64,000 bases of DNA. It comes from a virus. The stretch spans positions 64,001 to 128,000 of the IMG/VR virus record IMGVR_UViG_3300025128_000015; one strand, given 5' to 3'. How positions within the stretch are numbered: position 1 is the first letter of the stretch; each line of letters opens with the position of its first letter. The notes beneath the pieces are model-generated. The model did no database searches. It was not told the origin of the DNA and saw nothing but the letters and a program-made list of their open reading frames with translations. Of this stretch, positions 9,311-18,495 are shown one piece after another. Both the position numbers and the translations under genes were made by a program.

Positions 9311-12300
9311 ATGGAACGTACTAAATCATCTATTGCATTCGTGGGTCTGCACGCACACAGTGTTGCAGGATCACCATTCGATGGCTTCGGCTATCCACAA
9401 GAGCATATGGATTATGCTTATGAAAACGGCTGCAGCGCGCTCGCACTTACCGATCATGGGAACATGAATGGGCTGTCTCATCAAATTTTACATGCCAAAA
9501 AAATGAAGGAAGAAGGCAAAGACTTTAAACCAATCTTTGGGGTTGAAGCATATTTTGTTCCATCAGTTAAAGAATGGAAAGATGCATATGAAAAAGCCAA
9601 AGAGGATAAAAAGACTGCTAGAGATTTAGAAAGTGACCCAACGAAGACCGCCAATGAGGACGAGGGAGTTTCGAAGAGCAAATCCGATAACATTATTAAG
9701 GCGCGCCGTCACCTCATATTGATTGCTCAGAACCAAGCAGGTCTCAATAATATTTTCAAGATGATTTCTACATCTTTCCAAGGAGACAATTTCTACCGGT
9801 ATCCTCGTGTTGACTATGATTTGCTAAGCAAGCATAGCGAGGGGGTTATTGCCTCTTCAGCATGCTTGGGCGGCGTCTATGCGGGCAACTATTGGGACAA
9901 CCGTGAAGAGGGACCAGAGGCTGTTCTAGATGCCATGCGTAAGACTACCAAACGAATGAAAGATATCTTTGGTAAAAGGTGGTATGGAGAATTACAGTGG
10001 AACGATATTCCAGAGCAGCACGAGTTGAACAAGGCTGTGCTGCAAATGAGAGATGAGTTTGGCATCGAAGTGATCTCCACGGCCGATAGCCACTATCCCA
10101 CTCCAACGGCTTGGAAAGATCGCGAATTGTATAAGCGCTTAGGTTTTCTTAACAGACCAAAGAAGCCAGATTGGATGACATCTGAGCTTCCAATTGATGT
10201 AGAAGAGATTGGTTACGAACTATATCCAAAGAATGGCGACCAGATGTGGGAGTCATATAAGAAATATTCATCTGAAACTGGTCACGAATACGACGATCAA
10301 GTTGTATACGACTCACTCACAACAACTCATTGGATTGCTCATGAACTCATCGAAGATTTCCTACCAGACGATACGGTTCGCCTCCCAGGATTCGTTGTAC
10401 CAGAGGGAAAAACTGCGACACAAGCTTTAGCTAGAGCATGCGTTACTGGCTTGACAGATTTGGGGTTTAGCGAAAATGAAGAGTACATAAACAGACTCAA
10501 GCACGAGCTTCATGTAATTGATGACAGAGGGTTTAGCAAATACTTCTTGACGATGAAAGCAATTGCAGACAAAGCTAATGAGAATATGTTATCTGGACCC
10601 GGCCGAGGATCTGCAGCAGGATCTTTGGTTGCGTATGTTTTGGGAATCACACAGGTTGACCCAATCAAATATGGGCTTCTATTTAGCCGTTTCTTACGCG
10701 CTGACGCCACAGACTATCCTGATATTGATTATGATGTTAGTGATGCTTTTGGGCTAAAAGAGATCCTTGCAGAAGAATGGGGCGAGACGACAGTTGTGCC
10801 TATCTCAAATTTCAACACGTTGCAGCTGCGCAGCCTGATTAAGGACATTAGTAAATTCTATGAAGTACCTTTCACAGAAGTTAATCCTGTCACATCAAAG
10901 ATGATGCAAGAAGCTACACCGAGAGCCAAACAGGTTCATGGTGTCAAAGCTGGAGTATACATTCCAACATTCGAAGAGATCATGGAATACTCTGAATCAT
11001 TGCAGAAGTTCCTTAATAAGTATCCCCACATCAAGACTCACGTTGAAGCTTTATATGGGCAGGTACGTTCAACCAGCCGTCATGCAGGCGGCGTTGTGAT
11101 TGGAGAGGACCTAGACAAGCACATGCCATTAATTAATTCAGGTGGCGTTGTTCAGACTCCATGGTCTGAAGGGCAGAACGTTCGACACTTAGAACCACTT
11201 GGCTTTATTAAATTCGATTTATTGGGCTTGTCGACCTTGGAAATGATTCAAGGCGCCGTCGAACATATTCTCAAGCGTCATCATAAGGTTGAAAATCCTA
11301 CGTTTGATCAGATTAAAGATTGGTATGATAAAAACCTGCATCCTGATTCTATCAATTTAAATGATAAGAAAGTATACAAGAATATTTTTCATAAAGGCAA
11401 ATTCGTCGGAATCTTTCAGTTTACGAATGAAGGCGCACAGAAATTCTGCATCAAAGCAAAGCCTAAAAACATTATTGATATCTCTGCTATTACTTCAATC
11501 TATCGGCCAGGTCCTTTGAGCGCTGACGTCGATGAGCTTTACGTTGATGCAAAAGAGAATCCAAGCAAAATAAACTATCCTCACGACATTGTAAAAGGTA
11601 TTACAGAAGAGACGGCCGGCTTTCTTATTTTCCAAGAACAGATTGCTCTCTTGGCAAATAAGCTTGGTGACAACATCTCATTGGATGAGGCAAACAAACT
11701 TCGCAAGCTGTTGACTAAAAAAGGTACAGGCAAGGGGGCAAGAGAGAAAGATAAGATCCGTAAGAAGTTTGTTGCAGGCTGCATGAATAAAAAGATCGAT
11801 AAAGCGACAGCAGAAGCTATGTGGGAGAAATTTGAATACTTCTCAGGATATGGTTTTAATAAGTCGCATGCCGTATCTTATTCTATCTTATCCTACCAGT
11901 GTGCTTGGTTATTAAATTACTATCCTGCTGAATGGACGGCTGCATTCCTGGACAAAGAACCAGAAAAGCGCAAAGAGGCTGCAATTAATTTGGCACAAAA
12001 ATACGGCTTCAGTATCGAGCCAGTCAATATTAACACTTCAAATTGGCACTGGGATATATCTAAAGACGGAAAGACGATGATTCAGCCTTTAAGCTCAATC
12101 AAGGGCTTGGGCGATAAAGCTATTGAGCAGATTATTGATAATAGACCTTTCAATAGTGCTGAAGACTTGCTTTTTAACGAGGGCATCATTTATTCTAAGT
12201 TCAATAAAAAAGCTATGGATGTCCTCTGTCGATGCGGAGCCATGCGAGATTTACTAGATGAGAGGTTCTCAGGTATGAAACATTTCTGGGCTGCATGTGT

Positions 12301-12745
12301 TGCTGATCGACCGAAGAACAAGAAGAAGCTAGTTGAAAACATAGAATTGTATAAACCAGAGGGAGAGTACTCAGACGAGGAGAAAATCGAAAACTTGTCT
12401 TCGCTAACTGGTATATTCCCTATTACTTTGGTCATGACCCGCGATGTCCGAGAACGCCTTGAACATTACATGGTGCCGCCACTGGGGAGCACTGATCGTG
12501 AATTGGGTGATGTTGTCTGGTTTATCCCGCGAGAAATTATTCCAAAAAAGACAAAGACAGGAAGAACATATTGGATTGTCAGGGCTATTGACAGCACATC
12601 AACCGTAACAAGCATTCGTTGCTGGGGTGTTCGCGACAATGATAGACTTCATATTAATCGTCCATATATGGCCAGATTAGATTACGATCCAGCATGGGGC
12701 TATTCTACAAAGTCTATAAAGCATAATTTCAAACTTTTAGGTTGA
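9311..12745 (+). CDS. dnaE: DNA polymerase III alpha subunit (family C)
   Basis: PHP motifs HAHS, LTDHG and ADSHY; GRGSAAGSLVAY, PDIDYD, SRHAGG, FSGYGFNKSH; no intein-sized insertion seen. Confidence 0.95.
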   Translation: MERTKSSIAFVGLHAHSVAGSPFDGFGYPQEHMDYAYENGCSALALTDHGNMNGLSHQILHAKKMKEEGKDFKPIFGVEAYFVPSVKEWKDAYEKAKEDKKTARDLESDPTKTANEDEGVSKSKSDNIIKARRHLILIAQNQAGLNNIFKMISTSFQGDNFYRYPRVDYDLLSKHSEGVIASSACLGGVYAGNYWDNREEGPEAVLDAMRKTTKRMKDIFGKRWYGELQWNDIPEQHELNKAVLQMRDEFGIEVISTADSHYPTPTAWKDRELYKRLGFLNRPKKPDWMTSELPIDVEEIGYELYPKNGDQMWESYKKYSSETGHEYDDQVVYDSLTTTHWIAHELIEDFLPDDTVRLPGFVVPEGKTATQALARACVTGLTDLGFSENEEYINRLKHELHVIDDRGFSKYFLTMKAIADKANENMLSGPGRGSAAGSLVAYVLGITQVDPIKYGLLFSRFLRADATDYPDIDYDVSDAFGLKEILAEEWGETTVVPISNFNTLQLRSLIKDISKFYEVPFTEVNPVTSKMMQEATPRAKQVHGVKAGVYIPTFEEIMEYSESLQKFLNKYPHIKTHVEALYGQVRSTSRHAGGVVIGEDLDKHMPLINSGGVVQTPWSEGQNVRHLEPLGFIKFDLLGLSTLEMIQGAVEHILKRHHKVENPTFDQIKDWYDKNLHPDSINLNDKKVYKNIFHKGKFVGIFQFTNEGAQKFCIKAKPKNIIDISAITSIYRPGPLSADVDELYVDAKENPSKINYPHDIVKGITEETAGFLIFQEQIALLANKLGDNISLDEANKLRKLLTKKGTGKGAREKDKIRKKFVAGCMNKKIDKATAEAMWEKFEYFSGYGFNKSHAVSYSILSYQCAWLLNYYPAEWTAAFLDKEPEKRKEAAINLAQKYGFSIEPVNINTSNWHWDISKDGKTMIQPLSSIKGLGDKAIEQIIDNRPFNSAEDLLFNEGIIYSKFNKKAMDVLCRCGAMRDLLDERFSGMKHFWAACVADRPKNKKKLVENIELYKPEGEYSDEEKIENLSSLTGIFPITLVMTRDVRERLEHYMVPPLGSTDRELGDVVWFIPREIIPKKTKTGRTYWIVRAIDSTSTVTSIRCWGVRDNDRLHINRPYMARLDYDPAWGYSTKSIKHNFKLLG

Positions 12746-12769
12746 CAAATGGAAAAAGGAGTTTATAAT
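12742..12769 (+). promoter_or_regulatory. Sigma70-type promoter
   Basis: TTGACA-N16-TATAAT. Confidence 0.7.
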
Positions 12770-13043
12770 GGGTAATATGTCTCGTAAAATTAAGCGCAAT
12801 AAGAAAAAGAAAGCTAAAAAAGAACTAGCAACAAAAGTAGCGCTATTCGGACAAATAGGCGATGCATGTATGACATGCGACAAGTCTTTTGACAAGAAAG
12901 ACAGAGAGCAAGTTATGTCCTGGTCTGTTGTTGTTAGAGAACAAGAAAAGAAAGTAAACTTGTACTGTCCTGACTGTTGGGACAAGGCAAAAACAATTAT
13001 AGAAGAATTTAAAAAACATTTGGAGGATAAAAATGATTCTTGA
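12768..13043 (+). CDS. Hypothetical Zn-ribbon protein
   Basis: CMTC...CPDC; basic N-terminus. Confidence 0.6.
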   Translation: MGNMSRKIKRNKKKKAKKELATKVALFGQIGDACMTCDKSFDKKDREQVMSWSVVVREQEKKVNLYCPDCWDKAKTIIEEFKKHLEDKNDS

Positions 13044-13488
13044 ATATGCTAAAGTAAGAGAAAAAGCAAGAGCCCCAGAAAGAGCAAACCCAAGCGATGC
13101 TGGTTTGGACGTGTTTTTCAACCCAGAAAAGTCTGATATGGTAACTCTTAACCCAGGCGAGAGTGCACTTTTTTCAACTGGTGTCCGTTTCGGTGTGCCT
13201 CATGGATACATGCTGCAGGTCATGAATCGCTCCAGCATGGCTGCTAAACGAGGGCTTATCGTCGGCGCCCACTGTGTCGACAGTGGTTATGATGGAGAAG
13301 TCTTCATTGATTTGCATAACATTGGAAACCAGGTCAGAAATATTGAACCAGGAGACAAGATTGCGCAAGTGGTCCTTATCCCGGTGGTACCATTCCGTGC
13401 CCTGGAAACGTCTTCAGGGAACCTCTACGACTGGTATCCGATCACAATATCTGATCGTGGAGAAGGCGCCTTGGGGAGTACAGACTGA
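13033..13488 (+). CDS. dut: dUTPase (trimeric)
   Basis: SDAGLD, NRSS, VDSGYDGE, RGEGALGST. Confidence 0.92.
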   Translation: MILEYAKVREKARAPERANPSDAGLDVFFNPEKSDMVTLNPGESALFSTGVRFGVPHGYMLQVMNRSSMAAKRGLIVGAHCVDSGYDGEVFIDLHNIGNQVRNIEPGDKIAQVVLIPVVPFRALETSSGNLYDWYPITISDRGEGALGSTD

Positions 13489-13868
13489 TGATATCACATA
13501 AGAGTTTTGAACCCGGCGAAGATCATTTGCCCTACAAAAAAGCCTTGGCTGGCCATGACTTCGGCTTTGGAGATGTTAGAGAACAGGAGAATGATGTCAT
13601 GGAAACTAAAAAAGGATGCAAGAAATGTGGAAAAGAAAAAACATGTAAACCAAAAAAAGAAAAGGTCAGTAACCCGGCGCATTATAACACTGGGAGGATC
13701 GAAGTTATCGATGCCATTGAAGATTGGGACCTTGGTTTTAACGACGGAAATGCGATTAAATATATTGCGAGGCATAAACACAAAGGCGACTCCGTACAGG
13801 ATATTGAAAAAGCTATTTGGTATCTCCAAAGGCATTTGAAAAATCTCAGGAGCGGTGTGCTCAGATGA
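13488..13868 (+). CDS. DUF3310 / T7 gp1.7-like nucleotide kinase domain protein
   Basis: VSNPAHYN...EVIDAIE...GNAIKYIARHKHKG...DIEKAIWYL. Confidence 0.8.
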   Translation: MISHKSFEPGEDHLPYKKALAGHDFGFGDVREQENDVMETKKGCKKCGKEKTCKPKKEKVSNPAHYNTGRIEVIDAIEDWDLGFNDGNAIKYIARHKHKGDSVQDIEKAIWYLQRHLKNLRSGVLR

Positions 13869-14902
13869 ACTTTAAGAACTTCAGAAAGAGTTTATCATTC
13901 GATGATGTTTTGCTAATTCCACAGTATAGTGACATTGAAAGCAGATCTCAGGTTGATATAAGTAGCGAACTGGATGATAACTTTAAATTTAGGCTTCCCG
14001 TTATTTCTAGCCCCATGGACACTGTGACAGAAGAAGCCATGGCCATTGCTCTGCACGAGGCAGGAGGCTTCGGAATCATTCATAGATACAACACAGTCAC
14101 AGAGCAAGCTGATATAGTCAGAAAACTGCGAGAACGCAATAATACTATGCCGATTGCTGTGGCAATCGGGGCAACGGGAGACTATCTTAATCGTGCAGAA
14201 TCCGTGACTAAAATAGGCACGAATATACTATGTATTGATACTGCTCACGGACATCATGTGGCCATGGAACGAGCCATAAAAACTTTAAAAGATAATTATG
14301 GAGACAATATTCATATTATGGCTGGAAACGTCGCAACATTGGAGGCGTTCAATGCCCTGTCTGAGTGGGGAGCCGACAGCATTCGGGTCGGTATTGGAGG
14401 TGGAAGTATATGTTCAACAAGACTTGTAACTGGACATGGTATACCAACGTTGGAGAGTGTGATGGAATGCGCTCGCACAGGACACTCCACAAAAATTATT
14501 GCAGATGGAGGTATCAAGACCAGTGGAGACATTGTAAAGGCTTACGCAGCCGGCGCCGATTTTGTCATGATTGGATCTATGCTAGCGGGGACGGAGGAAA
14601 CACCAGGTGAAACGTTTCATAGTAACACAGGGAAAAGGTATAAGGTATACAGAGGAATGGCCTCCGCCGAAGCCCAATCAGATTGGAGAGGAAAATCTTC
14701 AACACCAGAAGGAGTCGCAACCACAGTTACCTACAAGGGAAAGGTTGCTCCTATATTGGATAATCTTGTGGGTGGTATTAGGAGTGGATTTAGTTATTCT
14801 GGTGTGCGCACATTGAGAGACTTTCAATTGAAAGCTAAATTCATCCGTCAGTCGGCCGCAGGACAGATAGAAAGTTCCACACATATTATGAGGCAAAAAT
14901 GA
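13865..14902 (+). CDS. guaB: IMP dehydrogenase / GMP reductase family enzyme without CBS domains
   Basis: SPMDTV, GNVAT, VGIGGGSICSTR, IADGGI, YRGMAS, GGIRSGFSY; IMPDH versus GMPR activity not resolved. Confidence 0.85.
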   Translation: MNFKNFRKSLSFDDVLLIPQYSDIESRSQVDISSELDDNFKFRLPVISSPMDTVTEEAMAIALHEAGGFGIIHRYNTVTEQADIVRKLRERNNTMPIAVAIGATGDYLNRAESVTKIGTNILCIDTAHGHHVAMERAIKTLKDNYGDNIHIMAGNVATLEAFNALSEWGADSIRVGIGGGSICSTRLVTGHGIPTLESVMECARTGHSTKIIADGGIKTSGDIVKAYAAGADFVMIGSMLAGTEETPGETFHSNTGKRYKVYRGMASAEAQSDWRGKSSTPEGVATTVTYKGKVAPILDNLVGGIRSGFSYSGVRTLRDFQLKAKFIRQSAAGQIESSTHIMRQK

Positions 14903-15216
14903 AATATATATTTATATTAGCCTTGTTGTTTGTTGGTTGCAACAAGCCAAAGGTATATGAATGCCGCGGCTGGGATAAGAGAGCATGCATGTGCCCGAAT
15001 GGAGAAGTCGGCGTGCAAAAGTGTTCCCGTGGACCTGCCTTTGCAGATCCCCCACCGGTAAGGACATGGCTCCCATGTAACTGTTGTTTTATCATTAAGA
15101 AAGACGAACATGGCATTTATTATATAAATTATGATGATGCTTCTGGGTGTTGGGATGATATATATGACCCCTCCGTCCCATCCGTAGAGGAAATTATAGA
15201 GGAGGACACCGATTGA
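14899..15216 (+). CDS. Cys-rich lipoprotein
   Basis: Lipobox LFVGC; CMCPNGEVGVQKC. Confidence 0.65.
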   Translation: MKYIFILALLFVGCNKPKVYECRGWDKRACMCPNGEVGVQKCSRGPAFADPPPVRTWLPCNCCFIIKKDEHGIYYINYDDASGCWDDIYDPSVPSVEEIIEEDTD

Positions 15217-15554
15217 AAGATCCAACAGTACCAGACCCAAGAGATCGTAAGAAGTTCATGTTCTATGACACGGAAAAGAGGCAAGCGGATTTACGCATTA
15301 AACTTCAACATGATGGAATGACTCAGAGTACATTTTTTCGAGTCATGATATCGGGATACTTAGAGAATGATGAAAATATTATAAATTATCTTAACATTTT
15401 TCAAGAAAAGTATAAAATGCGAGGTAAACATAAAATTAAAAAAGTTAAAAAATTGATTGATAAAGGTGAAGAATTGAAAAAGAAATTTAATATTGATGCT
15501 GGCGATATCGAAGATATATTTGATCTCGTCGAAATGGAGGGTCCTTCTCTATGA
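15213..15554 (+). CDS. Hypothetical protein (possible ribbon-helix-helix)
   Basis: TTG start overlapping the upstream stop; LRIKLQHDGMTQSTFFRVMI. Confidence 0.5.
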   Translation: MKDPTVPDPRDRKKFMFYDTEKRQADLRIKLQHDGMTQSTFFRVMISGYLENDENIINYLNIFQEKYKMRGKHKIKKVKKLIDKGEELKKKFNIDAGDIEDIFDLVEMEGPSL

Positions 15555-15787
15555 AATGTTTAGAAAAGTGTATTGAGTTAGGTGTCTCGTGCCCTGTTAT
15601 AGACTGTCGGGCATGGATTGAGAGCGAGTCAGAATACAACTGTATTCATGAAGCTGTCGACTCTCAGGGAGAAATGACCCTTCGCGAAGTTGCCAAGAGA
15701 TTGAATGTTAGTTTTGTTAGAGTGAAGCAGATAGAAGATAAGGCAATAAAAAAATTAGGTAAAATCAAGAATTTTAAGACTATTTAG
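15551..15787 (+). CDS. Stand-alone sigma70 region-4 HTH protein
   Basis: MTLREVAKRLNVSFVRVKQIEDKAIKKL; Cys-rich N-terminus. Confidence 0.7.
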   Translation: MKCLEKCIELGVSCPVIDCRAWIESESEYNCIHEAVDSQGEMTLREVAKRLNVSFVRVKQIEDKAIKKLGKIKNFKTI

Positions 15788-15852
15788 AATAGTGAAATAA
15801 TTTGTGTTTTCAGCACAATCAAATGTAGAAAAGTTTCAAGGAGTTACATAAA

Positions 15853-16404
15853 ATGAAAAAACGTTTACTTAACGAACAAAAAACCCGGCGCTTTATGAAG
15901 CTGGCCGGCATTAGAAATCTAAGTGAGAACTTCATCGACGAGACAGATGTTGAAGAAGGTGAAGATCTTGAAGAAGGCGAACATGCAAAAGCTGACGATA
16001 TGGAAGAAGGAAGCTATGCAAAAGCAGACGACGAAGTAGAAGAAGGAGTTCATAGCGAGCTTGACGAACAGGAAGTCGATGGCGACACTCTTGCTGACTT
16101 TTTGGACTTTATCGCAGCGAAAGTAGAAGACTACGCAGACGAAAAAGACATTGATCTTGAGGTTGATGTTGAAGAAGAGCCCGGTATGGAAGACGATGAC
16201 ATGGACATGGACCTGGAAATGGACGATGAAGAGGGCGACGAGCCCGGCGCCATGGACCTGGAAATGGACGATGAAGAGGGTGAAATGGATCTTGACGCTC
16301 CAGAAATGGAAGACGAAGAAGATGAGCCTTCCATGGAAGAAGAGCTGGTTAATGAGGTTGCGCGTCGGGTAGCTCTCAGAATACTTAGCGAAATGAAACA
16401 ATAA
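15853..16404 (+). CDS. Very acidic protein, scaffold/core-like
   Basis: D/E-dominated middle; ends MKKRLLNE and LVNEVARRVALRIL. Confidence 0.6.
   Translation: MKKRLLNEQKTRRFMKLAGIRNLSENFIDETDVEEGEDLEEGEHAKADDMEEGSYAKADDEVEEGVHSELDEQEVDGDTLADFLDFIAAKVEDYADEKDIDLEVDVEEEPGMEDDDMDMDLEMDDEEGDEPGAMDLEMDDEEGEMDLDAPEMEDEEDEPSMEEELVNEVARRVALRILSEMKQ
16206..16280 (+). repeat. Exact 30-nt direct repeat within the acidic gene
   Basis: CATGGACCTGGAAATGGACGATGAAGAGGG at 16206 and 16251. Confidence 0.9.
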
Positions 16405-16425
16405 ATAAATGGAATAAAATGACTC

Positions 16426-16453
16426 TTGACTTTTCAGAAAAACCCGCTATATT
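16426..16453 (+). promoter_or_regulatory. Sigma70-type promoter overlapping the terminator hairpin
   Basis: TTGACT-N16-TATATT. Confidence 0.55.
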
Positions 16454-16468
16454 TATAGCGGGTTTTTT
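16438..16468. terminator. Intrinsic terminator (bidirectional)
   Basis: AAAAACCCGCTAT-ATTT-ATAGCGGGTTTTTT. Confidence 0.85.
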
Positions 16469-16486
16469 ATTTACAGAGAGGTCATA

Positions 16487-16864
16487 ATGGAATCAGGTGG
16501 TTGGGAAGTTTTTCTATGGTATTCCCTTGGTGCAATATCATATATGTTTGTTTCTAGAATCATGAGATACGTTAATTTAGCATCTTTATATGATAGCGCT
16601 CTTACTGCTTCGTTAAATATTATCTTTATAGCAGATAAAGAGGTTAAATTTATGAACGAGTATCGATATAATAGTTTAAAAGATGCTGGGATTACTAGCG
16701 AAGAGATACAAAATTTAGAGGAAGCCAATAATCGTGCGATAGATTTGTGGCGCTTTCTCGTGATACAGAGTTTAATAACCATGACTCCCATATCGTTGCG
16801 GTCAAATTTAAAATTCAAAACCTGGGATCAGGCAGTTAAATTAATAGAAAAAAATAGGAAATAA
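16487..16864 (+). CDS. Hypothetical membrane protein
   Basis: N-terminal hydrophobic segment; GAGG RBS. Confidence 0.6.
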   Translation: MESGGWEVFLWYSLGAISYMFVSRIMRYVNLASLYDSALTASLNIIFIADKEVKFMNEYRYNSLKDAGITSEEIQNLEEANNRAIDLWRFLVIQSLITMTPISLRSNLKFKTWDQAVKLIEKNRK

Positions 16865-16865
16865 T

Positions 16866-17582
16866 ATGCTAGCAGAAGATAAAAAGCGTAAGAAGAAGAA
16901 GAAAGAAGAGAAAGAGCCTGAAGAGGTAGTCGAGCCGGATGAGCATGCGGACCAAGAAAAGGAGGATTCTGATTCTCCTATGTTGTTTGATATTAGTGCT
17001 CTTGCACCGCAGGAAAGTCCAAAGATCCGCGCCATGGGTATCTACGGAACCATAAATGAGGAAAAGTGTGCTGATGCTTTGTTTTCTCTCGTTGTGCTCA
17101 GTGAGACCGGCAAGAACGATGTGCTTGAAGATCCAAAGGACATGAACTCTAAAATAATTTCAGAGTATTTGCCAATAGATTTTTATATTTCTACGTATGG
17201 TGGTTCCGCGACTGACATGTTTGCTGTCTATGACGCAATAAGGCAAGTGAGAGAAACGTGTCCTATTCACACAGTGGGACTGGGGAAGGTAATGTCAGCC
17301 GGCGTACTTCTTTTGGCCAGCGGAACAAAGGGTGAGCGTAAAATTGGCGCCAATTGTCGTGTAATGATTCACGGTGTTATGTCCGGACAACAAGGACATC
17401 TTCATGATCTAGAAAACGAGATGGAAGAGGCAAAGTTTACTCAAAGACAATATGTTAAAGCTTTGGCCAAAGAGACAAACATGACTGAAAAGTACATCAA
17501 GAAGTTGATGGACAAAAAGATAAATGTTTATCTCGACGCAGAAGAAGCGGTTGATTTAGGTATCGCTGACATAATTATTTAA
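16866..17582 (+). CDS. clpP: ClpP-family protease, paralog 1
   Basis: STYGGS, VMSAG, MIHG, LDAEEAVDLGIAD. Confidence 0.85.
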   Translation: MLAEDKKRKKKKKEEKEPEEVVEPDEHADQEKEDSDSPMLFDISALAPQESPKIRAMGIYGTINEEKCADALFSLVVLSETGKNDVLEDPKDMNSKIISEYLPIDFYISTYGGSATDMFAVYDAIRQVRETCPIHTVGLGKVMSAGVLLLASGTKGERKIGANCRVMIHGVMSGQQGHLHDLENEMEEAKFTQRQYVKALAKETNMTEKYIKKLMDKKINVYLDAEEAVDLGIADIII

Positions 17583-17587
17583 AAGAA

Positions 17588-18487
17588 ATGAATTGGTTTA
17601 AAATAAGATACAACAAGAGATCTGCAAAGAAATATGGATGGAAACCTTCATGGTTCGGCGCTAACGAATTTAACTCCGAATTGTTAGAAAACATCAAAGA
17701 ATTCCAAGAGTTGCATGATTTGAAAGTCGACGGGCTCTGTGGGGAAATGACATATCGCAGAGCTTACACAAACAACTTAGCTTATAGCACTGGAGTTGAT
17801 GATAGCATGAACACAATTATCAAACAACATCGCATAATCTGTAATGGTGTCTCTGTACCAGTTAGGTGGGATAAGATTGAACTAAGTTGGATAAAAGAAA
17901 GTTGCTATTCGAAAGTAAAGCGCAAACCACGCAAGCCAACTATGGTGGTAACCCACTGGGACGCTACGTTATCGGCCGCATCTTGCAAGAGAATATTAGA
18001 GAAGCGAGGAATATCTACTCATTTTGTAATAGATAACGATGGCACTATAGTACAGCTTGTCGATACGCAAGACGTCGCTTGGCATGCAGGGATCCGCCGC
18101 GTAAATAAGGCTTCGATTGGTATTGATTTCAGTAATGCAGTTTACACTAAATACAACAAAGCGTATTCTAAAAAAGGTTTCGGCCTGCGCCCTGTCATAA
18201 GTGGATGGCGAGTGCACGGCTGGCGACCGAAACCATTCCTTGGGGCGTACCCAGTGCAGGTTGATGCCTACAAGGCTCTCCTAGAGGCTCTACACAAACA
18301 CTATGGGATTCCCCTAGAGTGCCCCTTAGATGACGATGGAAGCCTCTTAACTAGGATACATAAGCCCTCCAAGAGAGCTAAGTTTAAAGGGGTAGTTAAT
18401 CATTACAACCTGTCTAAGAAGAAGTGGGATACTCTAGGACTGCAGCTAGATGAAATTCTTGAAGAAATAAGACGTAACAAGGACTAA
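17588..18487 (+). CDS. N-acetylmuramoyl-L-alanine amidase (Amidase_2) with N-terminal peptidoglycan-binding domain; probable endolysin
   Basis: FQELHDLKVDGLCG; VVTHWD, STHFVIDNDG, AWHAG, SIGID. Confidence 0.85.
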   Translation: MNWFKIRYNKRSAKKYGWKPSWFGANEFNSELLENIKEFQELHDLKVDGLCGEMTYRRAYTNNLAYSTGVDDSMNTIIKQHRIICNGVSVPVRWDKIELSWIKESCYSKVKRKPRKPTMVVTHWDATLSAASCKRILEKRGISTHFVIDNDGTIVQLVDTQDVAWHAGIRRVNKASIGIDFSNAVYTKYNKAYSKKGFGLRPVISGWRVHGWRPKPFLGAYPVQVDAYKALLEALHKHYGIPLECPLDDDGSLLTRIHKPSKRAKFKGVVNHYNLSKKKWDTLGLQLDEILEEIRRNKD

Positions 18488-18495
18488 TTATAACC

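Noticed and set aside
800-12745. Inteins or introns in helicase, RNR and DnaE
   Set aside because: Lengths and motif spacing are normal, and no splice-junction or homing-endonuclease motifs were seen.
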